Notes under the pieces: generated by a model
What the model saw: the letters and a program-made list of their open reading frames with translations, nothing else
Told to the model about the DNA's origin: nothing
The model's database searches: none
Translations under genes and position numbers: made by a program
Shown here: piece by piece, positions 11,711 to 24,639 of the stretch
Layout of the letters: each line of letters begins with the position of its first letter
Position numbering within the stretch: position 1 is the stretch's first letter
Assembly (NCBI GenBank): GCA_002269645.1
Contig: NIVC01002138.1
Coordinates: 62,001 to 126,000, forward strand
Direction of reading: 5' to 3'
Length of the DNA: 64,000 nucleotides
Source: Macrostomum lignano
Lineage: Eukaryota

Positions 11711-11800
11711 CGGGCAGAATTGCCGCGTCAGCGCTGGTTGCGAGACGATGTCGTCGAAGGCGTTGCGCCAGAGGTTACCCACACAGCCAGCCCTCTTGCA
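11711..11800 (-). repeat. Dispersed repeat of about 90 bp, copy 1
   Basis: Its reverse complement aligns by eye with 55805-55883 and 62899-62994; shared core (A/G)CAACCAGCGCTGACG..CAA(T/A)TCTGCC. Confidence 0.7.
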
Positions 11801-12199
11801 AATATTATTTATTAGTATTACTGACACAGTCGGAGACCGGAAAGCAAATGAAGATACTGTTCACGGTTTCTAAACGGATTGCTGGATATTTAAGGCAAGC
11901 ATTTCATCAGATTAGGATTTACGAGTACATAACGGATAATCTTCGGGCTAGAATTATGCAGATAAATTCTGTTAAAAAAACTCCGATTAGAAAAAATAGA
12001 CAGGAGAGAAAGAATGAAGCTCTTGTATTGCTTTCAAATGGCTTCAAATGATCTTCGAAACTACAGAAGGTGAGGTCCGGGATAGCCCTCAGTTTAGCTG
12101 TGGCGTACGGAGACGGGCTCAGGTAGGCCGCAGCCACGACCCCTCACCCCACAAAAACTGCGCTTCTCCAAAAACTAAATGAGAGTTAACCAAGCTCGA

Positions 12200-13712
12200 C
12201 AGAGACAGGAGCGCCAACTATGACAGGAGCGCCAAATAAGAGACAGGAGCGCCAAATAAGAGACAGGAGCGCCAAATAAGAGACAGGAGCGCCAACTAAG
12301 AGACAGGAGCGCCAAATAAGAGACAGGAGCGCCAAATAAGAGACAGGAGCGCCAAATAAGAGACAGGAGCGCCAACTAAGAGACAGGAGCGCCAAATAAG
12401 AGACAGGAGCGCCAACTAAGAGACAGGAGCGCCAACCAAGAGACAGGGGCGCCAACCAAGAGACAGGGGCGCCAACCAAGAGACTGGGGCGCCAACTAAA
12501 AGACAGGGGCCCCAACCAAGAGACAGGGGCGCAAACAAAGAGACGGGCGCCAACAAAGAGACAGGGGCGCCAACCAAGAGACGGGCACCAACCAAGAGAT
12601 AGGGGCGCCAATCAAGAGACAGGGGCGCCAACCAAGAGACAGGGGCGCCAACAAAGAGATAGGGGCGCCATCCAAGAGACGGGCGCCAACTAAGAGACAG
12701 GAGCGCCAAATAAGAGACAGGAGCGCCAACTAAGAGACAGGAGCGCCAACCAAGAGACAGGGGCGCCAACCAAGAGACTGGGGCGCCAACTAAAAGACAG
12801 GGGCCCCAACCAAGAGACAGGGGCGCCAACAAAGAGATAGGGGCGCCATCCAAGAGACGGGCGCCAACCAAGAGACAGGGGCGCCAACCAAGAGACAGGG
12901 GCGCCAACAAAGAGACAGGGGCGCCAACAAAGAGACAGGGGCGCCAACCAAGAGACAGGGGCGCCAACCAAGAGACAGGAGCGCCAACTAAGAGACAGGA
13001 GCGCCAAATAAGAGACAGGAGCGCCAACTAAGAGACAGGAGCGCCAACCAAGAGACAGGGGCGCCAACCAAGAGACTGGGGCGCCAACTAAAAGACAGGG
13101 GCCCCAACCAAGAGACAGGGGCGCAAACAAAGAGACGGGCGCCAACTAAGAGACAGGGGCGCCAACCAAGAGACGGGCACCAACCAAGAGATAGGGGCGC
13201 CAATCAAGAGACAGGGGCGCCAACCGAGAGACAGGGACGCCAACAAAGAGACAGGGGCGCCAACCAAGAGACAGGGGCGCCAACCAAGAGATAGGGGCGC
13301 CAACCAAGAGACAGGGGCGCCAACCAAGAGATAGGGGCGCCAACTAAGAGACGGGCGCCAACAAAGAGACAGGGGCGCCAACAAAGAGACAGGGGCGCCA
13401 ACCAAGAGACAGGGGCGCCAACCAAGAGACAGGGGCGCCAACAAAGAGACAGGGGCGCCAACAAAGAGACAGGGGCGCCAACCAAGAGACAGGGGCGCCA
13501 ACAAAGAGACAGGGGCGCCAACCAAGAGACAGGGGCGCCAACCAAGAGACAGGGGCGCCAACCAAGAGACAGGGGCGCCAACAAAGAGACAGGGGCGCCA
13601 ACAAAGAGACAGGGGCGCCAACCAAGAGACAGGGGCGCCAACCAAGAGACAGGGGCGCCAACCAAGAGACAGGGGCGCCAACCAAAAGACAGGGGCGCCA
13701 ACCAAGAGACTG
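12200..13712 (+). repeat. 20-bp minisatellite (AAGAGACAGGGGCGCCAACC)n with 17-bp deletion variants
   Basis: Direct reading. Confidence 0.97.
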
Positions 13713-14375
13713 GGGCGCCAACCCCTGTCTATTGGCCTCATGCACGTACACGTATTGAATGCATCATAAAATACATCGCATTGTTTGAAGCCCTAGCAAT
13801 TAATACAGCCAATTCGAGGACAGAACGGAATTGTGGCAGTTTCCCGTGCGGAAACTACAAGCTTATCGAGGACTTACTCGCCTACATGCATTTTGCGCTG
13901 TTAATGAGTGTGCCTGAAAATGCAACTATGTCTTCATCAAAATTCAATTTGCGTCACTGACTGCGTCGTTAGGATAAAGGAAATTCCTGATAAATTATTC
14001 CATTCTAGGAGGACAGATGGATATGCAGGTGCTAGGAAAACGACTAGCAGCTGGCGAGTCCTTCATCCCATCAACTCACCAGGCATGCACGCGCAAAAGC
14101 TTGTTTAGAAAAACAGTTTAATCTTCTTCAAGACTCCAGCTCATATTTTTGAAGATTCTAGTTATCAGAAAAAAACTGTTGACTCGCTTTCTACTAATTT
14201 TGCTAATTAATTTAATTTAATCTAATATTAACCTATTGAATTGGCTTAATTTAGAATTCATGCAGCTGGTTCAGTCTTAGTGTGAGCAATTTAGCTTTTG
14301 TTAAACAGGCTTTCAGGTAAAATCAGCTTACGTCGATATTATCATTTATCTTAGGGTAAATGCCGAAAAGGATGG

Positions 14376-16214
14376 GAGATCAGTGGAATGACGAGAACAA
14401 GGATAGATCAGTGGAATGACGGGAACAAGGATAGATCAGTGGAATGACGGGAACAAGGATAGATCAGTGGAATGACGGGAACAAGGATAGGAGATCAGTG
14501 GAATGACGGGAACAAGGATAGGAGATCAGTGGAATGACGAGAACAAGGATAGATCAGTGGAATGACGGGAACAAGGATAGATCAGTGGAATGACGGGAAC
14601 AAGGATAGATCAGTGGAATGACGGGAACAAGGATAGATCAGTGGAATGACGGGAACAAGGATAGGAGATCAGTGGAATGACGGGAACAAAAATAGGATCA
14701 GTGGAATGACGGGAACAAGGATAGGAGATCAGTGGAATGACGGGAACAAGGATAGATCAGTGGAATGACGGGAACAAGGATAGATCAGTGGAATGACGGG
14801 AACAAGGATAGATCAGTGGAATGACGGGAACAAGGATAGATCAGTGGAATGACGGGAACAAGGATAGATCAGTGGAATGACGGGAACAAGGATAGATCAG
14901 TGGAATGACGGGAACAAGGATAGGAGATCAGTGGAATGACGGGAACAAGGATAGGAGATCAGTGGAATGACGGGAACAAGGATAGATCAGTGGAATGACG
15001 GGAACAAGGATAGATCAGTGGAATGACGGGAACAAGGATAGATCAGTGGAATGACGGGAACAAGGATAGATCAGTGGAATGACGGGAACAAGGATAGATC
15101 AGTGGAATGACGGGAACAAGGATAGATCAGTGGAATGACGGGAACAAGGATAGATCAGTGGAATGACGGGAACAAGGATAGGAGATCAGTGGAATGACGG
15201 GAACAAGGATAGGAGATCAGTGGAATGACGGGAACAAGGATAGGAGAACAGTGGAATGACGGGAACAAGGATAGATCAGTGGAATGACGGGAACAAGGAT
15301 AGATCAGTGGAATGACGGGAACAAGGATAGGAGATCAGTGGAATGACGGGAACAAGGATAGATCAGTGGAATGACGGGAACAAGGATAGGAGATCAGTGG
15401 AATGACGGGAACAAGGATAGATCAGTGGAATGACGGGAACAAGGATAGATCAGTGGAATGACGGGAACAAGGATAGGAGATCAGTGGAATGACGGGAACA
15501 AGGATAGATCAGTGGAATGACGGGAACAAGGATAGGAGATCAGTGGAATGACGGGAACAAGGATAGGAGAACAGTGGAATGACGGGAACAAGGATAGATC
15601 AGTGGAATGACGGGAACAAGGATAGATCAGTGGAATGACGGGAACAAGGATAGGAGATCAGTGGAATGACGGGAACAAAAATAGGATCAGTGGAATGACG
15701 GGAACAAGGATAGGAGATCAGTGGAATGACGGGAACAAGGATAGATCAGTGGAATGACGGGAACAAGGATAGGAGATCAGTGGAATGACGGGAACAAGGA
15801 TAGGAGATCAGTGGAATGACGGGAACAAGGATAGGAAAACAGTGGAATGACGGGAACAAGGATAGATCAGTGGAATGACGGGAACAAGGATAGATCAGTG
15901 GAATGACGGGAACAAGGATAGGAGATCAGTGGAATGACGGGAACAAGGATAGGAGATCAGTGGAATGACGGGAACAAGGATAGGAGAACAGTGGAATGAC
16001 GGGAACAAGGATAGATCAGTGGAATGACGGGAACAAGGATAGATCAGTGGAATGACGGGAACAAGGATAGGAGATCAGTGGAATGACGGGAACAAGGATA
16101 GGAGATCAGTGGAATGACGGGAACAAAAATAGGATCAGTGGAATGACGGGAACAAATAGGAGATCAGTGGAATGACGGGAACAAAAATAGGATCAGTGGA
16201 ATGACGGGAACAAG
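14376..16214 (+). repeat. 28/31-bp minisatellite GATCAGTGGAATGACGGGAACAAGGATA(GGA)
   Basis: Direct reading; two length variants are interspersed. Confidence 0.97.
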
Positions 16215-17314
16215 AAGACAGCTGAATCGAGGTGATCGAAGATAATTCGATTTTTTAATTAGGGATGAAATTCATTTTATCTATTGAGTCTATAGAATAT
16301 GACATACATATAACTATTATATTAATGTACTACACCAGTAGTACATAATATCCAACGTGTTTTTAGTCTACACAATCGGAAATTAGATTTTTATGCCTAT
16401 GTTTTTAAAGACTACAGGCAGTGGGACAATATACCTAAGGCAACTCAATAACTTTCAATTCGTTTTTTCATCATTGAATTTCGAGTTAACAAACAAGAAA
16501 ATTAATAACAAACAGAACAATAGCAGCAGCAGAGAGGCGAGGCAGAGCGGGAGAGGGAGAAGGAGAGGGGTTAGAGGGGAGGCATTCGGGAGGTAGAGGG
16601 GTAGATGGGTCTGGAGGCTCGTAATTTGCAGTGAGCAGAGCAGTTGAAGAAGCCGCAGTCGCAGCCGAAGTAGGTAATCTTAATAAAACCACCTGTCGCT
16701 TGAGCTAGCCGCAGAGCAAAGAGCTCAAACATTTCCTTTGCTCATATCATAGATCAGACTTAGACTCGGCTAGGTAAAAGATAAAATTAGAATTTTCAGC
16801 TACTAATTTAACAACAACCAGCTTGAACAAGTCCGCTTGCGGGGCCAATATATTAATAATAGATATTAATAGAAAACACGAAGTAAACAAGAACGACAAA
16901 AGCAGGGCGAGCAAAGCGCGGGCGCGGTAGTTGTAAAAGAAAAACCTGAAAAGTACAGGCCGCCCGTGCAAAATTAAGACTTAAAAATCGCAGAATAGGG
17001 ATAAGTGCAATAGTAATCTAGTTATAACACGGGGGTAGGCTGGGAGACAATTCAATCAGCTATAAATTTAAACACGCACAGAATGCAGCAAAACATGCAT
17101 TGAAAACATTTGCATGGCTTCTCTCAGCTATGCCAACGTGCTGCTGCTACTGGGAGAAATTACAGTTTGCACTGAGCCCTACTGTAAGTAGAGAGTTGCG
17201 GGCAAGTTGGCGCGTTGTGCTGAAGAAACTAATTTGGAAATAAAAAAATACGACGGGAATTCAGTTGCGACGGCGGGCTTCACGGGTCACAGCTTCACAA
17301 TTCTGCGCTGGATT

Positions 17315-19408
17315 GGAGGCTGGAGGGACATTATCGATGGGATTTGAAGGCTGGAGGGACATTATCGATGGGATTTGAAGGCTGGAGGGACATTATCGAT
17401 GGGATTTGAAGGCTGGGGGAACATTACCGATGGGATTTGAAGGCTGGGTAGGGACATTATCGATGGGATTTGGAGGCTGGGGGACATTATCGATGGGATT
17501 TGTAGGTTGGAGGGACATTATCGATGGGATTTGAAGGCTGGGGGGACACTATTGATGGGATTTGAAGGCTGAGGGACATTATCGATGGGATTTGAAGGCT
17601 GGGGGGACATTATCGATGGGATTTGAAGGCTGGGGGGACATTATCGATGGGATTTGAAGGCTGGGGGGACATTATTGATGGGATTTGAAGGCTGGGGGAC
17701 ATTATCGATGGGATTTGGACGCTGGGGGGACATTATCGATGGGATTTGAAGGCTGGGGGGACATTATCGATGGGATTTGGACGCTGGAGGGATATTATTG
17801 ATGGGATTTGGACGCTGGGGGGACATTATCGATGGGATTTGAAGGCTGAGGAGGGACATTATCGATGGGATTTGGAGGCTGGGGGACATTATCGATGGGA
17901 TTTGAAGGTTGGAGGGACATTATCGATGGGATTTGAAGGCTGGAGGGACATTATCGATGGGATTTGAAGGCTGGAGGGACATTACCGATGGGATTTGAAG
18001 GCTGGGGAGGGACATTATCGATGGGATTTGGAGGCTGGGGGACATTATCGATGGGATTTGAAGGTTGGAGGGACATTATCGATGGAATTTGAAGGCTGGG
18101 GGGGACATTATCGATGGGATTTGAAGGCTGGAGGGACATTATCGATGGGATTTGAAGGCTGGAGGGACATTATCGATGGGATTTGGAGGCTGAGGGGACA
18201 TTATCGATGGGATTTGAAGGCAGGAGGGACATTATCGATGGGATTTGAAGGCTGGGGGAACATTACCGATGGGATTTGAAGGCTGGGGAGGGACATTATC
18301 GATGGGATTTGAAGGTTGGAGGGACATTATCGATGGGATTTGAAGGCTGGAGGGACATTATCGATGGGATTTGAAGGCTGGAGGGACATTATCGATGGTA
18401 TTTGAAGGCTGGAGGGACATTATCGATGGGATTTGGAGACTGAGGGGACATTATCGATGGGATTTGAAGGCAGGAGGGACATTATCGATGGGATTTGAAG
18501 GCTGGAGGGACATTATCGATGGGATTTTCAAGGCTGGAGGGACATTATCGATGGGATTTGAAGGCTGGAGGGACATTATCGATGGGATTTGAAGGCTGGA
18601 GGGACATTATCGATGGGATTTGAAGGCTGGTGGGACATTATCGATGGGATTTGAAGGCTGGAGGCACATTATCGATGGGATTTGAAGGCTGGTGGGACAT
18701 TATCGATGGGATTTGAAGGCTGGGGGACATTATCGATGGGATTTGGAGGCTGGGGGACATTATCGATGGGATTTGAAGGCTGGGGGAACATTACCGATGG
18801 GATTTGAAGGCTGGGTAGGGACATTATCGATGGGATTTGGAGGCTGGGGGTCCTGGGGGACATTATCGATGGGATTTGAAGGTTGGAGGGACATTATCGA
18901 TGGGATTTGAAGGCTGGAGGGACATTATCGATGGGATTTGAAGGCTGGAGGGACATTATCGATGGGATTTGAAGGCTGGGGGAACATTACCGATGGGATT
19001 TGAAGGCTGGGGAGGGACATTATCGATGGGATTTGGAGGCTGGGGGACATTATCGATGGGATTTGAAGGTTGGAGGGACATTATCGATGGGATTTGAAGG
19101 CTGGGGGACATTATCGATGGGATTTGAAGGCTGGGGGAACATTACCGATGGGATTTGAAGGCTGGGGGAACATTACCGATGGGATTTGAAGGCTGGGGGA
19201 ACATTACCGATGGGATTTGAAGGCTGGGTAGGGACATTATCGATGGGATTTGGAGGCTGGGGGACATTATCGATGGGATTTGAAGGTTGGGGGGACATTA
19301 TCGATGGGATATGAAGGCTGGAGGGACATTATCGATGGGATTTGAAGGCTGGAGGGACATTATCGATGGGATTTGAAGGCTGGAGGGACATTATCGATGG
19401 GATTTGGA
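17315..19408 (+). repeat. About 31-bp minisatellite (GGAGGGACATTATCGATGGGATTTGAAGGCT)n
   Basis: Direct reading; length variation is concentrated in the G-run. Confidence 0.97.
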
Positions 19409-19537
19409 TGGCGCTTATGTTTAGGAATTTGGGATGAAAAGGTGATTCACAAGCTCAGTCCAACCGCAGTCACTATAGCCAGCGAGTGAATGTGAGAAAG
19501 TTTGCTGTGATTGCAGCCCCAGCTCTCTTAACTAAGC

Positions 19538-19858
19538 TCAGCTCATGTCCATGGACTCCACGGGAGCGAATGCCGAATCCATTGTGTCGCCGTCGCCGGC
19601 TTCGCAGCAGCCGAACTTGTCGCAGTCAACAATAAGAGCTTTGAGCACGTCGGACAGGGACAACAGGCCGGCGACACGGTTATCCGAGTCCGTGACAACC
19701 AGACGGTGCACCTCCGCTGTCACCAGCTTCTCGATGACGCTCTTCAGCGAGTCCTCGCCGCGGCAGCTGCTGACGCCTTCGAATCGGTCGCGTCGATACT
19801 GCAGGGCCTCCTTGACGGAGATGTCCAGATTGTTGTAAGTCTTTGTGGCGGCCAGGTT
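19538..19858 (-). CDS. PRKAG: AMP-activated protein kinase gamma subunit, last coding exon (CBS3 end and CBS4)
   Basis: Acceptor TTGCAG|AAC. Encodes NLAATKTYNNLDISVKEAL...VHRLVV...LSLSDVL then TGA. Joins the previous exon in phase 0 to give the canonical SKFDVINLAA. Confidence 0.95.
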   Translation of the reverse strand, partial: NLAATKTYNNLDISVKEALQYRRDRFEGVSSCRGEDSLKSVIEKLVTAEVHRLVVTDSDNRVAGLLSLSDVLKALIVDCDKFGCCEAGDGDTMDSAFAPVESMDMS

Positions 19859-20156
19859 CTGCAATGCCGCAACGCAGGGTTTATTGCTTTTAATATTGGC
19901 AGTAGAGACTGACAGACTGGCACAGAAAGAAAACGGGTAAGACTATTTGTTTAAGATTATCACCTCAAAATTTTACTAGACACAAATTTATATATTGATT
20001 GATTTTTCCCATTAGGGCGTTACTAACGAAGGGCGAGCGAGCCTACAATTATGAATTTCTTAAAATTAAGTTTTTTACGTCAATTTTGCTATTCTGTTCT
20101 GAATGCATCTTAATATTGGAATTTTACCTCGAATATTCGATCATTCTGCTTGCGGG

Positions 20157-20873
20157 TTGGACTGAAGGAGGCAGAGACAAGTTGGACTGAAGGAGGGACA
20201 GACAAGTTGGACTGAAGGAGGGACAGACAAGTTGGAATGAAGGAGGCAGAGACAAGTTGGACTGAAGGAGGGACAGACAAGTTGGACTGAAAGAGGGACA
20301 GACAAGTTGGAATGAAGGAGAGACAGACAAGTTGGACTGAAGGAGGGACAGACAAGTTGGACTGAAGGACAGACAGACAAGTTGGACTGAAAGAGAGACA
20401 GACAAGTTGGAATGAAGGACAGACAAGTTGGACTGAAGGACAGACAAGTTGGACTGAAAGAGGGACAGACAAGTTGGACTAAAGGACAGACAAGTTGGAA
20501 TGAAGGACAGACAAGTTGGACTGAAGGACGGACAAGTTGGACTGAAGGAGGGACAGACAAGATGGACTGAAGGAGGGACAGACAAGATGGAAAGAAGGAG
20601 GGACAGACAAGTTGGACTGAAGGACAGACAAGTTGGACTGAAGGACGGACAAGTTGGACTGAAGGAGGGACAGACAAGATGGACTGAAGGAGGGACAGAC
20701 AAGATGGACTGAAGGAGGGACAGACAAGATGGAAAGAAGGAGGGACAGACAAGTTGGACTGAAGGACAGACAAGTTGGACTGAAGGACAGACAAGTTGGA
20801 CTGAAGGACAGACAAGATGGACTGAAGTAGGGACAGACAAGATGGACTGAAGGAGGGACAGACAAGTTGGACT
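20157..20873 (+). repeat. Intronic minisatellite, 21-25 bp (GACAGACAAGTTGGACTGAAGGAGG)n
   Basis: Direct reading; fills most of the last AMPK gamma intron. Confidence 0.95.
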
Positions 20874-20885
20874 GGGGCCACTCAC

Positions 20886-21513
20886 AATGACATCAAACTT
20901 GGAATAGATGTCCACCAGGCGGCCGTCTCCGTTAACAACTGGCAGAGCGCTGACCCGATTCTGCACAAACAGGCTGAGCACCCTAACCAGAGGCGTGGTC
21001 TCGCCAATAGTGACAATATCCGAGTAGGTGCCAATGCCCAGCTGTTTAACAGGCCTAGCCAGCCAGGCGGGCATCGGGAGCTGGTGTATGTACAGGAATA
21101 TGTACTTCAGAATGCGCTTGTGAGTCACAATGAACAGGGCATTGCCAGTGGCCGGGTCAATGACCGGCAGGCGGTGCACTCGAGCCTGCAGCAGCAGCCG
21201 GACAGCGTCGTGCAGAGACGCCTCTGGCGAGATCCAGATTAGCGGCTTGAGCCGGTTGCTCAGCTCGGCTCGCCAGGTGCTAATCCGATGGGTCTCCAGC
21301 TCTTCCATTGGCACCAGGGCGGATCGGTAATAGTTTTGCAGAATGTGAATGAAGTCGCTGATGGTCAGCATGCCGACAAATCTCTGCTGCTGGGCGTCCC
21401 AGAGCGGCGCGGCGCGCAGACCGTTATAGACTAGGGCGAAGAAGGCCTTACGCACGTTCAGGCTGTTGTCGAATACAAGCAGCTTGTTGCTAGTTGGAAT
21501 CAGGTCGTAGCAC
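20886..21513 (-). CDS. PRKAG: AMPK gamma subunit, main CBS-domain exon
   Basis: Acceptor CCCCGCAG|G, donor ATT|GTGAGT. Encodes CYDLIPTSNKLLVFD...KAFFALVYNGLRAAPLWD...GMLTISDFI...VHRLPVID...THKRILKY...RVSALPVV...DIYSKFDVI. Confidence 0.96.
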
Positions 21514-21537
21514 CTGCGGGGAGACGTTTCAGGATTC

Positions 21538-22345
21538 TGCTTGGCATTGGGGCTCCAGCGAATTCCCAACAACCAGGATGCCGCTTGGCATTGGGGCTCC
21601 AGCGAATTCCCAACAACCAGGATGCCGCTTGGCATTGGGGCTCCAGCGAATTCCCAACAACCAGGATGCCGCTTGGCATTGGGGCTCCAGCGAATTCCCA
21701 ACAACCAGGATGCCGCTTGGCATTGGGGCTCCAGCGAATTCCCAACAACCAGGATGCCGCTTGGCATTGGGGCTCCAGCGAATTCCCAACAACCAGGATG
21801 CCGCTTGGCATTGGGGCTCCAGCGAATTCCCAACAACCAGGATGCCGCTTGGCATTGGGGCTCCAGCGAATTCCAAACAACCAGGATGCCGCTTGGCATT
21901 GGGGCTCCAGCGAATTCCCAACAACCAGGATGCCGCTTGGCATTGGGGCTCCAGCGAATTCCAAACAACCAGGATGCCGCTTGGCATTGGGGCTCCAGCG
22001 AATTCCCAACAACCAGGATGCCGCTTGGCATTGGGGCTCCAGCGAATTCCAAACAACCAGGATGCCGCTTGGAATTGGGGCTCCAGCGAATTCCCAACAA
22101 CCAGGATGCCGCTTGGCATTGGGGCTCCAGCGAATTCCAAACAACCAGGATGCCGCTTGGCATTGGGGCTCCAGCGAATTCCAAACAACCAGGATGCCGC
22201 TTGGCATTGGGGCTCCAGCGAATTCCCAACAACCAGGATGCCGCTTGGCATTGGGGCTCCAGCGAATTCCAAACAACCAGGATGCCGCTTGGCATTGGGG
22301 CTCCAGCGAATTCCCAACAACCAGGATGCCGCTTGGCATTGGGGC
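21538..22345 (+). repeat. Intronic 44-bp minisatellite (GGCATTGGGGCTCCAGCGAATTCCCAACAACCAGGATGCCGCTT)n, about 18 copies
   Basis: Direct reading; copies are nearly identical. Confidence 0.97.
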
Positions 22346-22563
22346 TTCAAGCCAAATTTAAGCCCGAATCTAATTTTCAGACTTAAAAAATAAAAAAATT
22401 CGGAGTACAAATGGCGTAAATTCTGCTGCCGGGGATAGGGATCAGTAATGAATTACATGTAAGAATAACAGAACCGTAGACCTAATTCTACCGAAAGCAA
22501 GCACCCCAGGTTATCTTATGGTACAGAATCTATTCCAGATTCCAGAATGTGGATTAAACGTAC

Positions 22564-22655
22564 CGGTGCTTCTGCACAAAGATGGCAAATACGCGGCTCG
22601 GATCGCCTAACGACTCGGTGCGCACCTCCTCCATGTCAACGGAGCTGCAGTCGTT
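22564..22655 (-). CDS. PRKAG: AMPK gamma subunit exon immediately before CBS1
   Basis: Encodes NDCSSVDMEEVRTESLGDPSRVFAIFVQKHR. Donor CG|GTACGT in phase 2 matches the phase of the 21513 acceptor and restores HRCYDLIP. Acceptor TGTCAG|AAC; the 5' boundary may extend to 22882. Confidence 0.85.
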
Positions 22656-22700
22656 CTGACAGCGCGACCGAAATATAATGTACTTTTCATTCTCCGTCAC

Positions 22701-22882
22701 CTGAACCTCGGCGCCAGACTGCGAGCGCTGGCGGGCGGGCAAGCCGGAGGAGGCCGAAGGCGACACTAGAGGCGGCTGGCCCTGAGACATTCGGCTGTTG
22801 GCACCGCTGCTGATGCTGTGCTGTTGTGACCAGTGGCTCCGAGACTCTGCCAATGCGGCTGGCGACTGAATGCTGCACTGGC
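22701..22882 (-). CDS. PRKAG: Probable AMPK gamma N-terminal extension exon (Ser/Gln-rich)
   Basis: GC-rich and in frame with the downstream exon. Acceptor CACGCAG|GC, with alternative CAG acceptors nearby. Contains RQRSQS. Separated from the next exon by a 45-nt GT-AG segment that may or may not be spliced. Confidence 0.55.
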
Positions 22883-23066
22883 CTGCGTGTGCGAGCGTAA
22901 TTATCAGAATCATTTTAACTGACCGGAACCGGAAGGAGAGGAGCAGGACTAGTGATGGACCGAATGTGGATTTTTGCAAGTTTCCGAAATCGAATCCGAA
23001 TGTACAAAAAAATTCCGAATCCGAATATTCGGATCCATCACTAAGCAGGACCGAATAAATAATGAA

Positions 23067-23170
23067 TGCAGCGGCCAAATGAAGAACCGGAAGGAGGGGT
23101 GCAGCGGCCAAATGAAGAACCGGAAGGAGGGGTGCAGCGGCCAAATGAAGAACCGGAAGGAGGGGTGCAG
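23067..23170 (+). repeat. 33-bp tandem repeat, 3 copies (GCAGCGGCCAAATGAAGAACCGGAAGGAGGGGT)
   Basis: Direct reading. Confidence 0.9.
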
Positions 23171-24597
23171 CGCCTCCGTGACCGTGATTATGCTACGCGT
23201 GAGTGAATACAGGAAAAGACTAGTTTTACCTCTTGAAACTCTGATCCAATCCAAAGCAAACGAACTTAAACTTGAAAGTTCTAATCTTCTATCACAACAC
23301 AAGCAACTTCGTTCGAAGGGTAAATATTTTAAATAATATGAATGAAGTTTTCAGTATCTGAAACCGACTTTTACCAGATTAGATAACACAGATAAAACAG
23401 GCTCGAAAACACTAGGCAAGGCAGAAGGCACTAGCTTGGCGTTGGCTGCAGTTGGGTCGATTTTTATCGGATTTGGATCAGCTCAGCTCTGTTCTGATTC
23501 TGCAGTGACCTTCCTCTCCAGAAGAAACCGCGACAGAATTTTTCTAGCGCTTGGTACGTGGAGAGAGAATTTGAAATAGCTGGCTGGAAGTGGGTGAGGG
23601 TTGAGTGTACACTCGGCACTGGGGTAAGAGTGTTTATGGCCGGCGCGATAGAATGTACATTGGATCACATGATCATCATAGCGTACGTTCTGTTGGGCTT
23701 GGGCTTAATTGGGGGTGCGTGTGAGCCTCCGCACTAGTGTGGAAAGAGCTATTCCTGGAGGTTTGGAATTGGGCAAGCTTGGCCCCACTGTGCTACAATC
23801 CCCTACAAATTTTGTGCTTGCGTTTTCGTTTACTCCGTTGTCCGGTAAAAAGTACAAAAACAACCATTTTAAAGCAGCCGTACAAAAATAACTTAAGAGG
23901 TCGGTCGGAGCTTAATGAAACAAGTAACAAGAGTAAGATAATAACAGAACATCTTAGATAGTAGACTAAGAGATCTAATTAGTATATAGGGAAAGGCGGC
24001 GAAATGACTCTCTTAGAGCTTGTTATCATGAGTAATTGAGTATGATACTCTACTCGTACGTTGAGTGATGGAGTCAAATCTAAATATACAAGATTTGTCT
24101 CGTAAAAAGAAATAATATAATGGTTTTATTTAAATATTCGACTATTGACTTCATTTCGTCAAAAAAAATTATATTTATAATAATTAATAAATAAAATTTA
24201 AAACTAATGTTTCTTAATTGCCCAACCAATTGCTAGGGAGGTTTTTTAAGTTCTAGATTTTTAAACCTGATTCCCGATTTAAAAAGTCCGCTACTGTCTA
24301 AAGTTGCCTACTGATATCCAGTAGTCAGCATTGTGCTTTAGGTTCACATCTGCTTAAGCAAGCAGAATCGCCACTTTTTCCTCTATTTATTAAGTGTATA
24401 ATTTTTAAGTAGAAATCATCAGAATTCTACCTTCCAAATCAGGCGAATGGCTGAGATTTTGAAACAAATCTTTGTGCCGCTCTTGTATGAAGCCAGGCAA
24501 GGGTGAGTACGTTTCCTGGAATAGAGAGCAATAGTAAGACGGTTTTCCTATTCTTGCTTTTAGGATTGACACAAGCGGAAAGCAAAATGCCGCTTAC

Positions 24598-24639
24598 CTG
24601 GTCCCGCTCATAAGTACCATTACCGTCCATGGAAATCGT
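24598..24639 (-). CDS. Candidate 42-nt cassette or alternative first exon of AMPK gamma (TISMDGNGTYERDQ)
   Basis: Flanked by GTCTCAG| and a strong CAG|GTAAGC donor; phase 0-0. Splice signals only, no homology support. Confidence 0.35.

Noticed and set aside
12050-13760. Possible MITE enclosing the 20-bp GGCGCCAA array (core shared with the 21-bp array at 3.4 kb)
   Set aside because: No convincing TIR or TSD in the flanks; the shared 8-mer is too short to show common origin.
20124-22295. 723-aa ORF fusing repeat peptides to CBS domains as a novel chimeric protein
   Set aside because: Canonical in-phase splice sites at 21513 and 20886 bound the AMPK gamma exon; the flanking reading frame is intronic minisatellite.
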